15,285 nucleotides of DNA from Oligoflexus sp. (GTDB taxonomy: Bacteria > Bdellovibrionota_B > Oligoflexia > Oligoflexales > Oligoflexaceae): positions 1 through 15,285 of the forward strand of contig JBGSTX010000001.1 of NCBI GenBank assembly GCA_041736305.1, written 5' to 3'. Shown piece by piece: positions 5,415-13,309 of this stretch (the first letter of the stretch is position 1; each line of letters opens with the position of its first letter). The position numbers were made by a program, and so were the translations under genes. Below the pieces are notes generated by a model. The model saw only the letters and a list, made by a program, of their open reading frames with translations, searched no databases and had not been told where the DNA came from.

Positions 5415-7817
5415 TCAGAAGGGCACTTCATCCTTATCGTAGTACTTCACTTCCATAAGGCCCGCGTCGATTGGAGTATTCTTTTCCATCCAGCTATGAA
5501 GCCAATCCACGAAAGGCCAGAAACGAGGACTCTGACGCGGGATACCGTAGCGCACGCGAACCTGCTCAAAGTCTTTTGCACTCTTAACAGCCGAAAGATC
5601 GCGAAGGAAGGGTGCCGCTTGCTCTGAGCTGATATCGATAAAGAGATGTGCTTCGAAAGCAGCAAAGCCCTCTACAGCTAGAATGCGGTCCCGCTCGGGA
5701 GCTCGCGATTCTTTTTCGGTGGTGAAGATCTTGTCCGGAGTATAGGCGCGATCTGCGAGCAAGGTGTAAAGATGCTCACCATCGAGACGGAGATGTACCA
5801 CATTTGGGACGAAGCGAGCAAAATCGGCCTCTTTTGCCGTTAACGCGCGTAGACCCGTTTCAAAGTCTTCGCGACTCTCGACTTTTTCCGGGAGAAAAGC
5901 AGAGCGAGGGGTCAGGGGCCAATTGTTGAGTTTATCTTCGAAGCTTAAAACTTTGCCCATGCGCCCAAGGACAGCCTGGGCTAACTCATCTTCACTGGCG
6001 AAATCTTGGGGAGCCGGACGACCCACCGAGTAATCGGTCATCATTCCATAATAACCCATCGCTTTAGGGCTTGAGTGCTTAAGCCTCAAGCTCTGCCTTA
6101 AATCGGGCTTAGCGAAGAGCGAAGTATAGAGATCCTCGGCTTCTGTGCGCGTTATAATTTGCCAGGAAAAGGTATCGAGACGGTGTTTGGCTGCACCAAA
6201 ATATCGGTAAGTGGCGGCGCCGTTGTAATACATTCTTTCGAAGTTTGCATAGCTCAGGAGCCAGATACTGCGCGGCATACCGCTGAGAGGGCGTTCGGCG
6301 CCGTTGCTTACCTCAGTGCTAACCTGGTGGCGATGGAGCAAGAGCCACGCATTCGGGTTCTTGCCGGAATCACCATCCCAAATGTCTTTGATGCTGAGAC
6401 CTTCAGGCCGCAGCTGCCTTAAACCCGCTTCGAAAGCGACGCGATACTTAGGTTCGCCGTAGATTTCGCTGCGGGTCTTAGCCTGGGGAGCGATCGTTCC
6501 GTCTTTATCAAAGAAATTGCGGTAGCTATCCAAACCAAGCTGCGGATCCTGCACCGAAGGATCGGCTGCTGGATCGAGAAACCAGATCCACGCGTGCTCT
6601 TCGACTGAATAGGAAGCTTTCTGAACCAGACAGACGGGCCCGCGTGCGAAGGACTGGCCAATCATCTTGCTGTTCTCGATCATAAAGCGAGCGCGCGCCA
6701 GACTCGGAATAGCTGCAAAATTTTCGAAAGGATTGTAGGTCTGATAGTCGGGTAGCTTTTCGATCTTCCAAGCGGTGCCAAAGAAAAGTTCCTGAAAGCG
6801 TTCGAGGTCGCGCTGGGCCAGGCGCCAAACGACGAAAGTCTTACCTTCAATGAGATTCGTGATTTTTTGCAGACGGTAGTAAACCCGGCCGTCGCCTGGA
6901 TTATCGACCGGCATTGGGGTAGAGATCTGCGAGATGGCTTGGCCGGGAGCGGTGCGGGAGCGAACGATGCGGTAGTATTCCCCCGGGTTTTCAGCAAAAT
7001 GCCAATCGGCTTGGAATGAATGCTCGTAAATATAGCGACCAACCAGTTGGTTCTCGAGCCCAGGCCCGTTGAGGAAGCTTTCCCACTTGGCGAGCAAGTC
7101 CTTGGGATTGCCCCGCGTCTGGGAACTCCTTTCCGGCTCAGCCAGAGCTTGCATTGCGGCTGGGCTAGGTCCCCGAGCTCCACCGCGAACCCAATCGCTC
7201 AAGAGCATATGAGAGAATGAATCGACAGCAGGCAAGCCCCAAGGCATACCGCCGAGGGGAAAACGCTCCTCGACGCGATCGTAGTCTTCGCCTTGCTTAG
7301 GGCAAACCAATCCTGCGGCCTCTTCATGAGCCAAGGCCATAGAGCGAATGCGTCCCGTGCTCAAACCTTCCGTAGTTTCCTCACCTACCTCGCTAGGTAA
7401 ATTTTTCTTACCGAGCTCCAGAGCACGGAAGAAGCTGGAATTTTCGGGAGAAACGCCTTCACCCGGTAGGACAGAAGTGAAGCCAAGGGCACGCCATTCA
7501 GCGAGCGGGAGCTTATCGCTCACGCGGGTGGAGAAACCCTCGCCCGGTCGAACATCATAGGGATTAAAGGGATTAAGTCCCCGAGCAAGCGCATCGTAGG
7601 AAGTCATGTTTAGCTGGCAAGGGCCGTTAGTACAGGAGTGACATACAGCGCAGCGAGCTCCGATCGTCGGTTGGATCTTATCGAGGTAAGCATCTCCAGT
7701 GGCACCACCGTAGCGGTTACCTGCACGCATGATCGACGGGTGTTCTGTTGAGGGAGCTGCCTGTAGGGATAACGCAGCCCAACAAGAGGCTATCCCAAGC
7801 AATTTTAAGAGTCGCAT
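5415..7817 (-). CDS. cti: Fatty acid cis/trans isomerase (Cti) family periplasmic c-type heme protein, divergent
   Basis: Sec signal; heme motif RCAVCHSC...PCQL (CxxCH at 7638-7652); GMPWGLP; LVGRYIYEH; RIVRSRTAPG...RVYYRL; NPFENFAAIP..AR; GPVC; C-terminal RFWPFVDWLH...GL...Y. All are collinear with Cti as I recall it, and the length (800 aa) fits. Confidence 0.85.
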   Translation of the reverse strand: MRLLKLLGIASCWAALSLQAAPSTEHPSIMRAGNRYGGATGDAYLDKIQPTIGARCAVCHSCTNGPCQLNMTSYDALARGLNPFNPYDVRPGEGFSTRVSDKLPLAEWRALGFTSVLPGEGVSPENSSFFRALELGKKNLPSEVGEETTEGLSTGRIRSMALAHEEAAGLVCPKQGEDYDRVEERFPLGGMPWGLPAVDSFSHMLLSDWVRGGARGPSPAAMQALAEPERSSQTRGNPKDLLAKWESFLNGPGLENQLVGRYIYEHSFQADWHFAENPGEYYRIVRSRTAPGQAISQISTPMPVDNPGDGRVYYRLQKITNLIEGKTFVVWRLAQRDLERFQELFFGTAWKIEKLPDYQTYNPFENFAAIPSLARARFMIENSKMIGQSFARGPVCLVQKASYSVEEHAWIWFLDPAADPSVQDPQLGLDSYRNFFDKDGTIAPQAKTRSEIYGEPKYRVAFEAGLRQLRPEGLSIKDIWDGDSGKNPNAWLLLHRHQVSTEVSNGAERPLSGMPRSIWLLSYANFERMYYNGAATYRYFGAAKHRLDTFSWQIITRTEAEDLYTSLFAKPDLRQSLRLKHSSPKAMGYYGMMTDYSVGRPAPQDFASEDELAQAVLGRMGKVLSFEDKLNNWPLTPRSAFLPEKVESREDFETGLRALTAKEADFARFVPNVVHLRLDGEHLYTLLADRAYTPDKIFTTEKESRAPERDRILAVEGFAAFEAHLFIDISSEQAAPFLRDLSAVKSAKDFEQVRVRYGIPRQSPRFWPFVDWLHSWMEKNTPIDAGLMEVKYYDKDEVPF

Positions 7818-7822
7818 AGGTT

Positions 7823-7883
7823 CTAGTCCTTCATCATCTTATGAATGCGAGAGAGATCGCAAACGAGAATGGCAAAGGACTAG
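7823..7883 (-). promoter_or_regulatory. 5'-UTR hairpin sequestering the cti Shine-Dalgarno
   Basis: Minus strand CTAGTCCTT (7883-7875) is exactly complementary to AAGGACTAG (7831-7823), which contains the SD AAGGA 9 nt before ATG 7817; apical hairpin TGCGA-TCTCTC-TCGCA (7861-7846). Confidence 0.6.
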
Positions 7884-7963
7884 CACAAGCTTGCACGAAT
7901 GCCTTGAGACTTTCACTTACATTGTAAGAGCCAGGGTATAGGTCATTCTCCGGCGTTACGGTC

Positions 7964-8290
7964 TCACTTTCCGCTCCAATCAGGACGTTTTCCGTTAGGC
8001 GTGTTTAAGAGCACGACAATTTCTTCTAAGATCCTGGTGTTTTTATCTAGGCCCAGCTGCAGCTTATCGAGCTTCTTTTGGAGTGTGTCGAGACGGGTTC
8101 TGATTTCTTGGCTTTTCAGTTTCTGCACATTCTGCTAGTCGTGATTTTTCTCGCTGAGTTTTATTTGCGCCTTGATCGCTCTTTGAAAGTGGGCTTTAGC
8201 AGAGGAGCCTTGGGCACTTGCAATATCGGCGATCAGCAAAATCATTAATCCAGAGCCAAGCAAGAGGGAAGATCTTAAAGAATTTTTCAT
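7964..8290 (-). pseudogene. Small secreted coiled-coil protein gene interrupted by one in-frame TAG
   Basis: MKNSLRSSLLLGSGLMILLIADIASAQGSSAKAHFQRAIKAQIKLSEKNHD*QNVQKLKSQEIRTRLDTLQKKLDKLQLGLDKNTRILEEIVVLLNTPNGKRPDWSGK*. Signal peptide (ASA-Q), TAG at 8137-8135, and a heptad pattern continuing in frame. It fills the otherwise empty cls-cti gap. Confidence 0.6.
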
Positions 8291-8356
8291 GTGCCACCAT
8301 ACACTGGGAGTACGCGTTCGTTTATAGGATAGGAATTTATTTGGTGATCACATACA

Positions 8357-8384
8357 CGTTCGGCGCCAGGCTTAAGCTTCTTGA
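8357..8384 (-). promoter_or_regulatory. Possible sigma-28-like promoter for the 8290 ORF
   Basis: Minus strand TCAA-N16-GCCGAACG, a degenerate match to TAAA-N15/16-GCCGATAA, 66 bp upstream of ATG 8290. Confidence 0.4.
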
Positions 8385-8468
8385 ATGATTCGCTTTCACT
8401 TGTTTAAGAAAACTAAATTGCTCGAACGCTTTCAGCAAAGGCCGGCCAATTGCGAGCCCACGTGGGGA

Positions 8469-9911
8469 CTAAAGAATTGGTGACAAAAGGCTGAGGGCTC
8501 GGGAAGTAAATCGCTTGAGGAAAGATCGACTGGTCAGATCATGCAGTTCTAGTTTTTTTGAATTTTCAAAATCATGCTCAAGCATGCGTTCGACGTCCGA
8601 AACAATCTCTTTCCCAAGCATGACGGAACTGATCTCAAAGTTGAGGAACATGGATCTTTCATCGAGGTTAGCTGAACCCACGCATGCAACGCTTCGGTCG
8701 ATCAGCAGCACTTTTTGATGCAGAAAGCCCGCCGTATACTCATAGATTTTTATGCCAGACTTCAAGGCAGATTCCTGGTAGGTCTTTGAAGCCGAAAAAA
8801 TCCACTTATTGTCACTATAAGACGGGACGATGATGCGAACATCAACTCCTCTGAGCTGAGCTAACTCTAAAGCCCGGCTAAGAGTTTCGGGTGGGACAAA
8901 GTAGGGATTTGCTATCCATATTCGCTCGACTGCCATGTTGATGAGGGCCGTGTGCAGCAGAAGACAGGAATCACGCTTTTCAGCTGGCCCGCTATGCAGC
9001 ACGAGAGTATCCGCCTCACCTCGAGGATATGATCCCGTCCAGTTAAAATCGGGAACCCTCTCTGTAATCCAGTACCAATCCCTGAGAAAGGAGACCTGGG
9101 CGGCAATGGCAGCAGGCCCCTCGAGCCGCACATGGGTATCCCTCCAAGGGCCGATAGCCTCCCATTTGCCAAGGTAATCGTCTCCAACGTTGAGACCCCC
9201 TAAAAAGGCGATTTGCCCATCGACTATGATCAGCTTTCTATGGTTTCTGAAATTGATTTGAAAGTGCGTGCTCCAGGGTTTGGTGCTGCGAAAGATCCCT
9301 ACTTCGACACCGCAGTGGACGAGGCTATCAAGAAATTTCCGCTTGAGGCGGGTGCCTATAGCATCAAAGAGGAAGTAGACCTTCACGCCTGCAAGGGCTT
9401 TCTTCTTGAGCAGTGCGGCCATCGCTTGGCCGATATCATCGTCGCGGAAGATATAGAACTGAAACACAATGTAGAGCTGAGCACTTTCGAGAGCTTCCCT
9501 CATACTCTGGAAAGTCTCTTGCCCATCGATCAAAAGCTGCGTTTTATTAGAAGAAGTAAAGCCGATTTGGCCACAGCATTGGGCTATCGAAGCCAGTTCG
9601 CGCAGTTTCCCTTCGGGGGGGACCTCCAAGTCCGGGAGACTGTCCTGCTCTTTGAGCTCTTTTTCTGTCTCGGCATCCATTTCCTTTCTATCCCTGACGT
9701 AGCCGAAGAAGCGGTTTCTCCCAAATATGAGATACAGAGGAATAACAATGAAGGGCAGACTCAGGAGACCGACTATCCAAGCAACTGCGCCCTGAGGAGT
9801 TCTTGCACGCCAAATCGCATAACTAGCCAGAAATAGGGCAAATATATAGACTAGAATGACTATGGCGCTCAGGAGATAAGAACCGGGATATTGTAAAATA
9901 CTCAATGGCAA
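8469..9911 (-). CDS. cls: Cardiolipin synthase (ClsA type, phospholipase D family)
   Basis: Two N-terminal TM helices (RTPQGAVAWIVGLL...YLIFG), two HKD motifs RNHRKLIIVDG and LHQKVLLID, plus GGLNVGDDY, WRDTH, NPYFVP and GSANLDERS..LNFE. Start uncertain (TTG 9911 or 9905). Confidence 0.95.
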   Translation of the reverse strand: MPLSILQYPGSYLLSAIVILVYIFALFLASYAIWRARTPQGAVAWIVGLLSLPFIVIPLYLIFGRNRFFGYVRDRKEMDAETEKELKEQDSLPDLEVPPEGKLRELASIAQCCGQIGFTSSNKTQLLIDGQETFQSMREALESAQLYIVFQFYIFRDDDIGQAMAALLKKKALAGVKVYFLFDAIGTRLKRKFLDSLVHCGVEVGIFRSTKPWSTHFQINFRNHRKLIIVDGQIAFLGGLNVGDDYLGKWEAIGPWRDTHVRLEGPAAIAAQVSFLRDWYWITERVPDFNWTGSYPRGEADTLVLHSGPAEKRDSCLLLHTALINMAVERIWIANPYFVPPETLSRALELAQLRGVDVRIIVPSYSDNKWIFSASKTYQESALKSGIKIYEYTAGFLHQKVLLIDRSVACVGSANLDERSMFLNFEISSVMLGKEIVSDVERMLEHDFENSKKLELHDLTSRSFLKRFTSRALSLLSPIL

Positions 9912-10140
9912 AGCTCGTTTAATGGAGAAAGAGAAAATCCAATCTGCAGTCGGGCCAGCAGCTCTAGTCTTTTATGACGAAGACCGCTATTTAGATAGCC
10001 CGTCATCCTTACAGGTATTACTGCCTCAATCATGTCGGATATTTTTCTGACAGCTTCTGGAAATTCCCCCATCGACGAGCTAATATGCCGGCTCACTACT
10101 GAGGCGCTATCGCCTCAATTGATCTCTAAGGAACAGGCAC

Positions 10141-10923
10141 TTGCGAGTCGACCGAAATTTTGATGATCTATTCGATCGTTTCCAACGCCAAATCAAGGCT
10201 TCGACCAAAGGTCAGCTACGCAGCATACTGATTCGGGAAGATCTCGAGGAGATTCTTCCGGGGATCAATAAGGGCCCGATGAAGGTCCTGGACGCCGGCT
10301 GCGGTTTTGGGGATTTAAGTATATACCTGGCTGCCAAAGGTCACGAGATTAAGGCCGTCGACATTTCAGCCAAGATGCTTGAGCATACGAAAAATGCCGC
10401 TGAGAGCGCTCAGCTCTCGCATTTGATTCGGACTGAGCAGGGATCACTGCAGGCAGCTCTGGGCGAAAAGTCTCCCGAAAGCTTCGGCGCTTACGATCTC
10501 ATCTGCATACATTCTGTGCTTGAATGGCTGGCGGAACCATATGCTGTTCTTCCCCTCATTTCCCCCCAGCTCAAAGCAGGTGGCTATCTCTCACTCACTA
10601 TCTACAATCTCCATCGCGCGGTCTTCAACAGCCTCGTGAATGGCAGCTTCCGCAAGATCAGGCTTGGCGATTATAGTGGGCAAAAGGGTCTAACGCCCAC
10701 GCAACCTATCGTACCCGAGCGCATCGCCGCTGAACTGATCCAGCTTGGATTTACGATCGAGTTGCAGGCTGGTCTCAGGTGCTTCTACGATATTCTACCA
10801 GCGAAAGAGAAAGCTGAACGAACGCTCGACGATATGCTCCTCCTCGAGCGTCGATATAGAAAGCTTTCTCCTTATCGAGACATCGCGCGATACGTTCACT
10901 TTATCGCGCGCTGGCCCGGTTGA
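10141..10923 (+). CDS. cmoM: SAM-dependent methyltransferase of the SmtA/CmoM family (tRNA cmo5U methyltransferase-like)
   Basis: N-terminal DRNFDD...F...STKGQLR..LI.EDL, SAM motif VLDAGCGFG, HSVLEWLAEP, GGYLSLTIYN, GLRCFYD and LERRY...PY..IARYVHFIAR closely follow E. coli SmtA/CmoM as recalled; TTG start with AAGGA upstream. Confidence 0.82.
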   Translation: MRVDRNFDDLFDRFQRQIKASTKGQLRSILIREDLEEILPGINKGPMKVLDAGCGFGDLSIYLAAKGHEIKAVDISAKMLEHTKNAAESAQLSHLIRTEQGSLQAALGEKSPESFGAYDLICIHSVLEWLAEPYAVLPLISPQLKAGGYLSLTIYNLHRAVFNSLVNGSFRKIRLGDYSGQKGLTPTQPIVPERIAAELIQLGFTIELQAGLRCFYDILPAKEKAERTLDDMLLLERRYRKLSPYRDIARYVHFIARWPG

Positions 10924-10935
10924 GCGCGAAGCTCG

Positions 10936-11673
10936 TCAATGAACTGTGGTACTTGATGCCGCTTTTGTCTTTGATTTGACTCTGAGATTCAACACTTCAA
11001 CGGCAACGCTGAAGCCCATGGCAAAGTAAATGTAACCTTTGGGAATATGGAAACCTGCTGCGTCCGCTACCAAGACCAGACCAATCATGATCAAAAAGCT
11101 GAGAGCCAGCATTTTCACTGTCGGATGGCGGTGGACGAAGTCACCGATCGACTTACTGGTAAGGACCATAACGCCTAGAGCCAGAATGTTGGCTATGACC
11201 ATAATCCAGATGTTGTTGCTCATACCCACGGCTGTGATCACAGAATCGAGTGAGAAGACGATATCGAGCAGAGCTACCTGAACGAGCACGCTCCCAAGAG
11301 TCGCCTTGCCGGTCTTTGCCGCCATTTCTTCGTGGCTGTCACCCTCGACTTTATCGTGAATTTCTCGCGTCGCTTTCCACATGAGGAAAAGACCACCACC
11401 GAAGAGAATCAACGCTTTACCACTGATTTCACGACCCATGACAGTGAACAGCGGGTCGACGAGGCCGACTATCCACGTGATGCTCGCTAGGAGCATAAGG
11501 CGCGTGACCAAAGCTCCGAGCAGACCGAATTTGCGACCCATATCTTGCTGTTCAGGAGGAAGGCGACTGCAGAGAATAGATATGAAGATGATATTATCGA
11601 TCCCCAGAACTATTTCCATAGATGTGAGGGTTATGAGACTCAGCAGATTTTCAGTAGTCAGCAGACCTTCCAT
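10936..11673 (-). CDS. TerC family integral membrane protein
   Basis: LTSMEIVLGIDNIIFISI, GGLFLMWKAT.EI, LDIVFSLDSVITAVGM, HPTVKMLALSFL and HIPKGYIYFAMGFS. Start reassigned to ATG 11673 (RBS AAAGGG), giving 245 aa. Confidence 0.93.
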   Translation of the reverse strand: MEGLLTTENLLSLITLTSMEIVLGIDNIIFISILCSRLPPEQQDMGRKFGLLGALVTRLMLLASITWIVGLVDPLFTVMGREISGKALILFGGGLFLMWKATREIHDKVEGDSHEEMAAKTGKATLGSVLVQVALLDIVFSLDSVITAVGMSNNIWIMVIANILALGVMVLTSKSIGDFVHRHPTVKMLALSFLIMIGLVLVADAAGFHIPKGYIYFAMGFSVAVEVLNLRVKSKTKAASSTTVH

Positions 11674-11783
11674 ACTTTTCCCTTTCAGTCGTCCCGCTTC
11701 AATTGCTTCGCTCTCGATGCGAAGCAAGCAATTATGGATGAGAAAGTGATGAATGAAAAGTCCGAGGACCATTAAGGCTCAAA

Positions 11784-13262
11784 TTACTGCATCAAACCCG
11801 AAAACCAGGCGGGAACCAGGCCCATAAATATAGTCAAAAGGACCGCTAAACTTACTACAGCCGTGGTCCCCCACCAGCGCGTCGCAGCGGCTGCAGAGGC
11901 AGCCTTATCCTCCTGCATATACATATAATATAGAGGGCGCAAATAGTAGACCACCGAGACTACGCTGGCCATGGCTGCGATGATTGTGAGGGCTATTTGG
12001 CCGGCCGAAATAGCGCTGATGAAGAGGTAGTATTTACCAAAGAATCCAGCCGTGGGTGGAATTCCAGCCATACTAAGTAGAAAAATGCTCAGAGCAAAAG
12101 CCATGAAAGGTCGTCTTTGGCCGAGACCGGTCAGATCCTTTAAATCCAGTTCGTCATCATCACTAGGACTCAGCTGCGTGAGGACCGCGAAGCCGCCGAG
12201 ATTCATCACCGCATAGAAGAGAGTGTAGGAAACGATAGCTTCGGCTGCTTCAGGTTTCTGGCCGACCGTAAGAGCCAGAAATCCGAGGAGCAGATAGCCG
12301 GTGTGAGCAATAGTTGAATAGGCCAAGAGTCGCTTGAGGTTTTGCTGACGCAAACCAACAAAAGAGCCCAGGATGAGAGTCGCAGCGATGATCACCCACA
12401 GCACAGTCGCGAAAGCACCGTTGTCGGACAGCAATCCAGGGAGAGAGAAAACTTCGGTACAGAAGCGCAAAAGAGCGCCGACAGCAGCTGCCTTGACTGC
12501 AGAAATCATAAAGCCCGTCACCGGCGTCGAAGCACCCATGTAAACATCGGGCACCCACATATGAAAAGGAACGGCACCGATTTTGAAAAGAAATCCAATA
12601 GTGATGAGACCTAAGCCCACGGCGGGAAGCAATGGTAGGTCTGGCTGCCAGAGATTGCGGTAGGCTTCTGCCAAGCCCGTATAGTTGACGCTTCCCGTAG
12701 TCCCGTATATCAGCGTAACTCCGTAGAGCAGGATCGCGCTGGCTGTGCCCCCGAGGAGAAAGTACTTAAGCCCGGCTTCGGCACCATGAGCCGAAGTTCT
12801 GCGCATGGATACCAGGACGTAGACGGCGAGAGAGAGAAGTTCGAGGCCGACGAAAAGTAAGACGAGATCGCGCGTACTGACGAGTATCATCATCCCGACG
12901 ACAGCCAAGCCTATTAGAGCAAAGTATTCAGCTTTAAACTGCTCCCGCTTGTCAAAGCCCAAGGACATGAGCGCCGAACCCAGACCGGCGGCGATCACGA
13001 TAAAACTGAAAACCTGCGCAATACGATCGATGACCAGTGTCCCACCCATGATCGTAATCGAGGTGTCGCCCATGAACGTCAAAGCTAGCAGAGAGAGAAC
13101 GGAACCGCTTACTAGGCAAGTAAACGCAAAGAAGCGCCCGGCTTTCAGCGGCGAGAGGACCAAAGCTACTACGGAGCTGATGGCCATGAGCAGCATTGGA
13201 ATCAGTGCCTGCCATTGCTCACCCGTCAAAGGCTGAATGGGAAATAGTTCTTGAAACGACAC
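11784..13262 (-). CDS. nuoN: NADH-quinone oxidoreductase subunit N
   Basis: GLELLSL, EAGLKYFLLG, FKIGAVPFHMWVPDVY, NLKRLLAYSTIAHTGY, GIPPTAGFFGKY; GTG start with AAGGAG; follows nuoM. Confidence 0.95.
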   Translation of the reverse strand: MSFQELFPIQPLTGEQWQALIPMLLMAISSVVALVLSPLKAGRFFAFTCLVSGSVLSLLALTFMGDTSITIMGGTLVIDRIAQVFSFIVIAAGLGSALMSLGFDKREQFKAEYFALIGLAVVGMMILVSTRDLVLLFVGLELLSLAVYVLVSMRRTSAHGAEAGLKYFLLGGTASAILLYGVTLIYGTTGSVNYTGLAEAYRNLWQPDLPLLPAVGLGLITIGFLFKIGAVPFHMWVPDVYMGASTPVTGFMISAVKAAAVGALLRFCTEVFSLPGLLSDNGAFATVLWVIIAATLILGSFVGLRQQNLKRLLAYSTIAHTGYLLLGFLALTVGQKPEAAEAIVSYTLFYAVMNLGGFAVLTQLSPSDDDELDLKDLTGLGQRRPFMAFALSIFLLSMAGIPPTAGFFGKYYLFISAISAGQIALTIIAAMASVVSVVYYLRPLYYMYMQEDKAASAAAATRWWGTTAVVSLAVLLTIFMGLVPAWFSGLMQ

Positions 13263-13309
13263 AGGAGCTCCTTAAGCAACAGAGGAGATACTTTTTTTCT
13301 ACTTAGCAC

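Noticed and set aside
7870-7885. Plus-strand TGGCAAAGGACTAGCA with GG-N10-GC spacing
   Set aside because: It points away from cti with no plus-strand gene downstream, and the sequence is already explained by the anti-SD arm. An antisense promoter cannot be excluded but is unsupported.
8135-8137. Genetic-code reassignment or pyrrolysine at the in-frame TAG
   Set aside because: TAG terminates several conserved genes in this window at their expected ends, and no pyl genes are seen.
11674-11783. yybP-ykoY (Mn2+) riboswitch upstream of terC
   Set aside because: I could not find its characteristic conserved segments or four-way junction; only a simple hairpin is visible.
13263-13272. Palindrome AGGAGCTCCT overlapping the nuoN RBS
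   Set aside because: A loopless palindrome gives at most a 3-bp stem, too weak to claim regulation.
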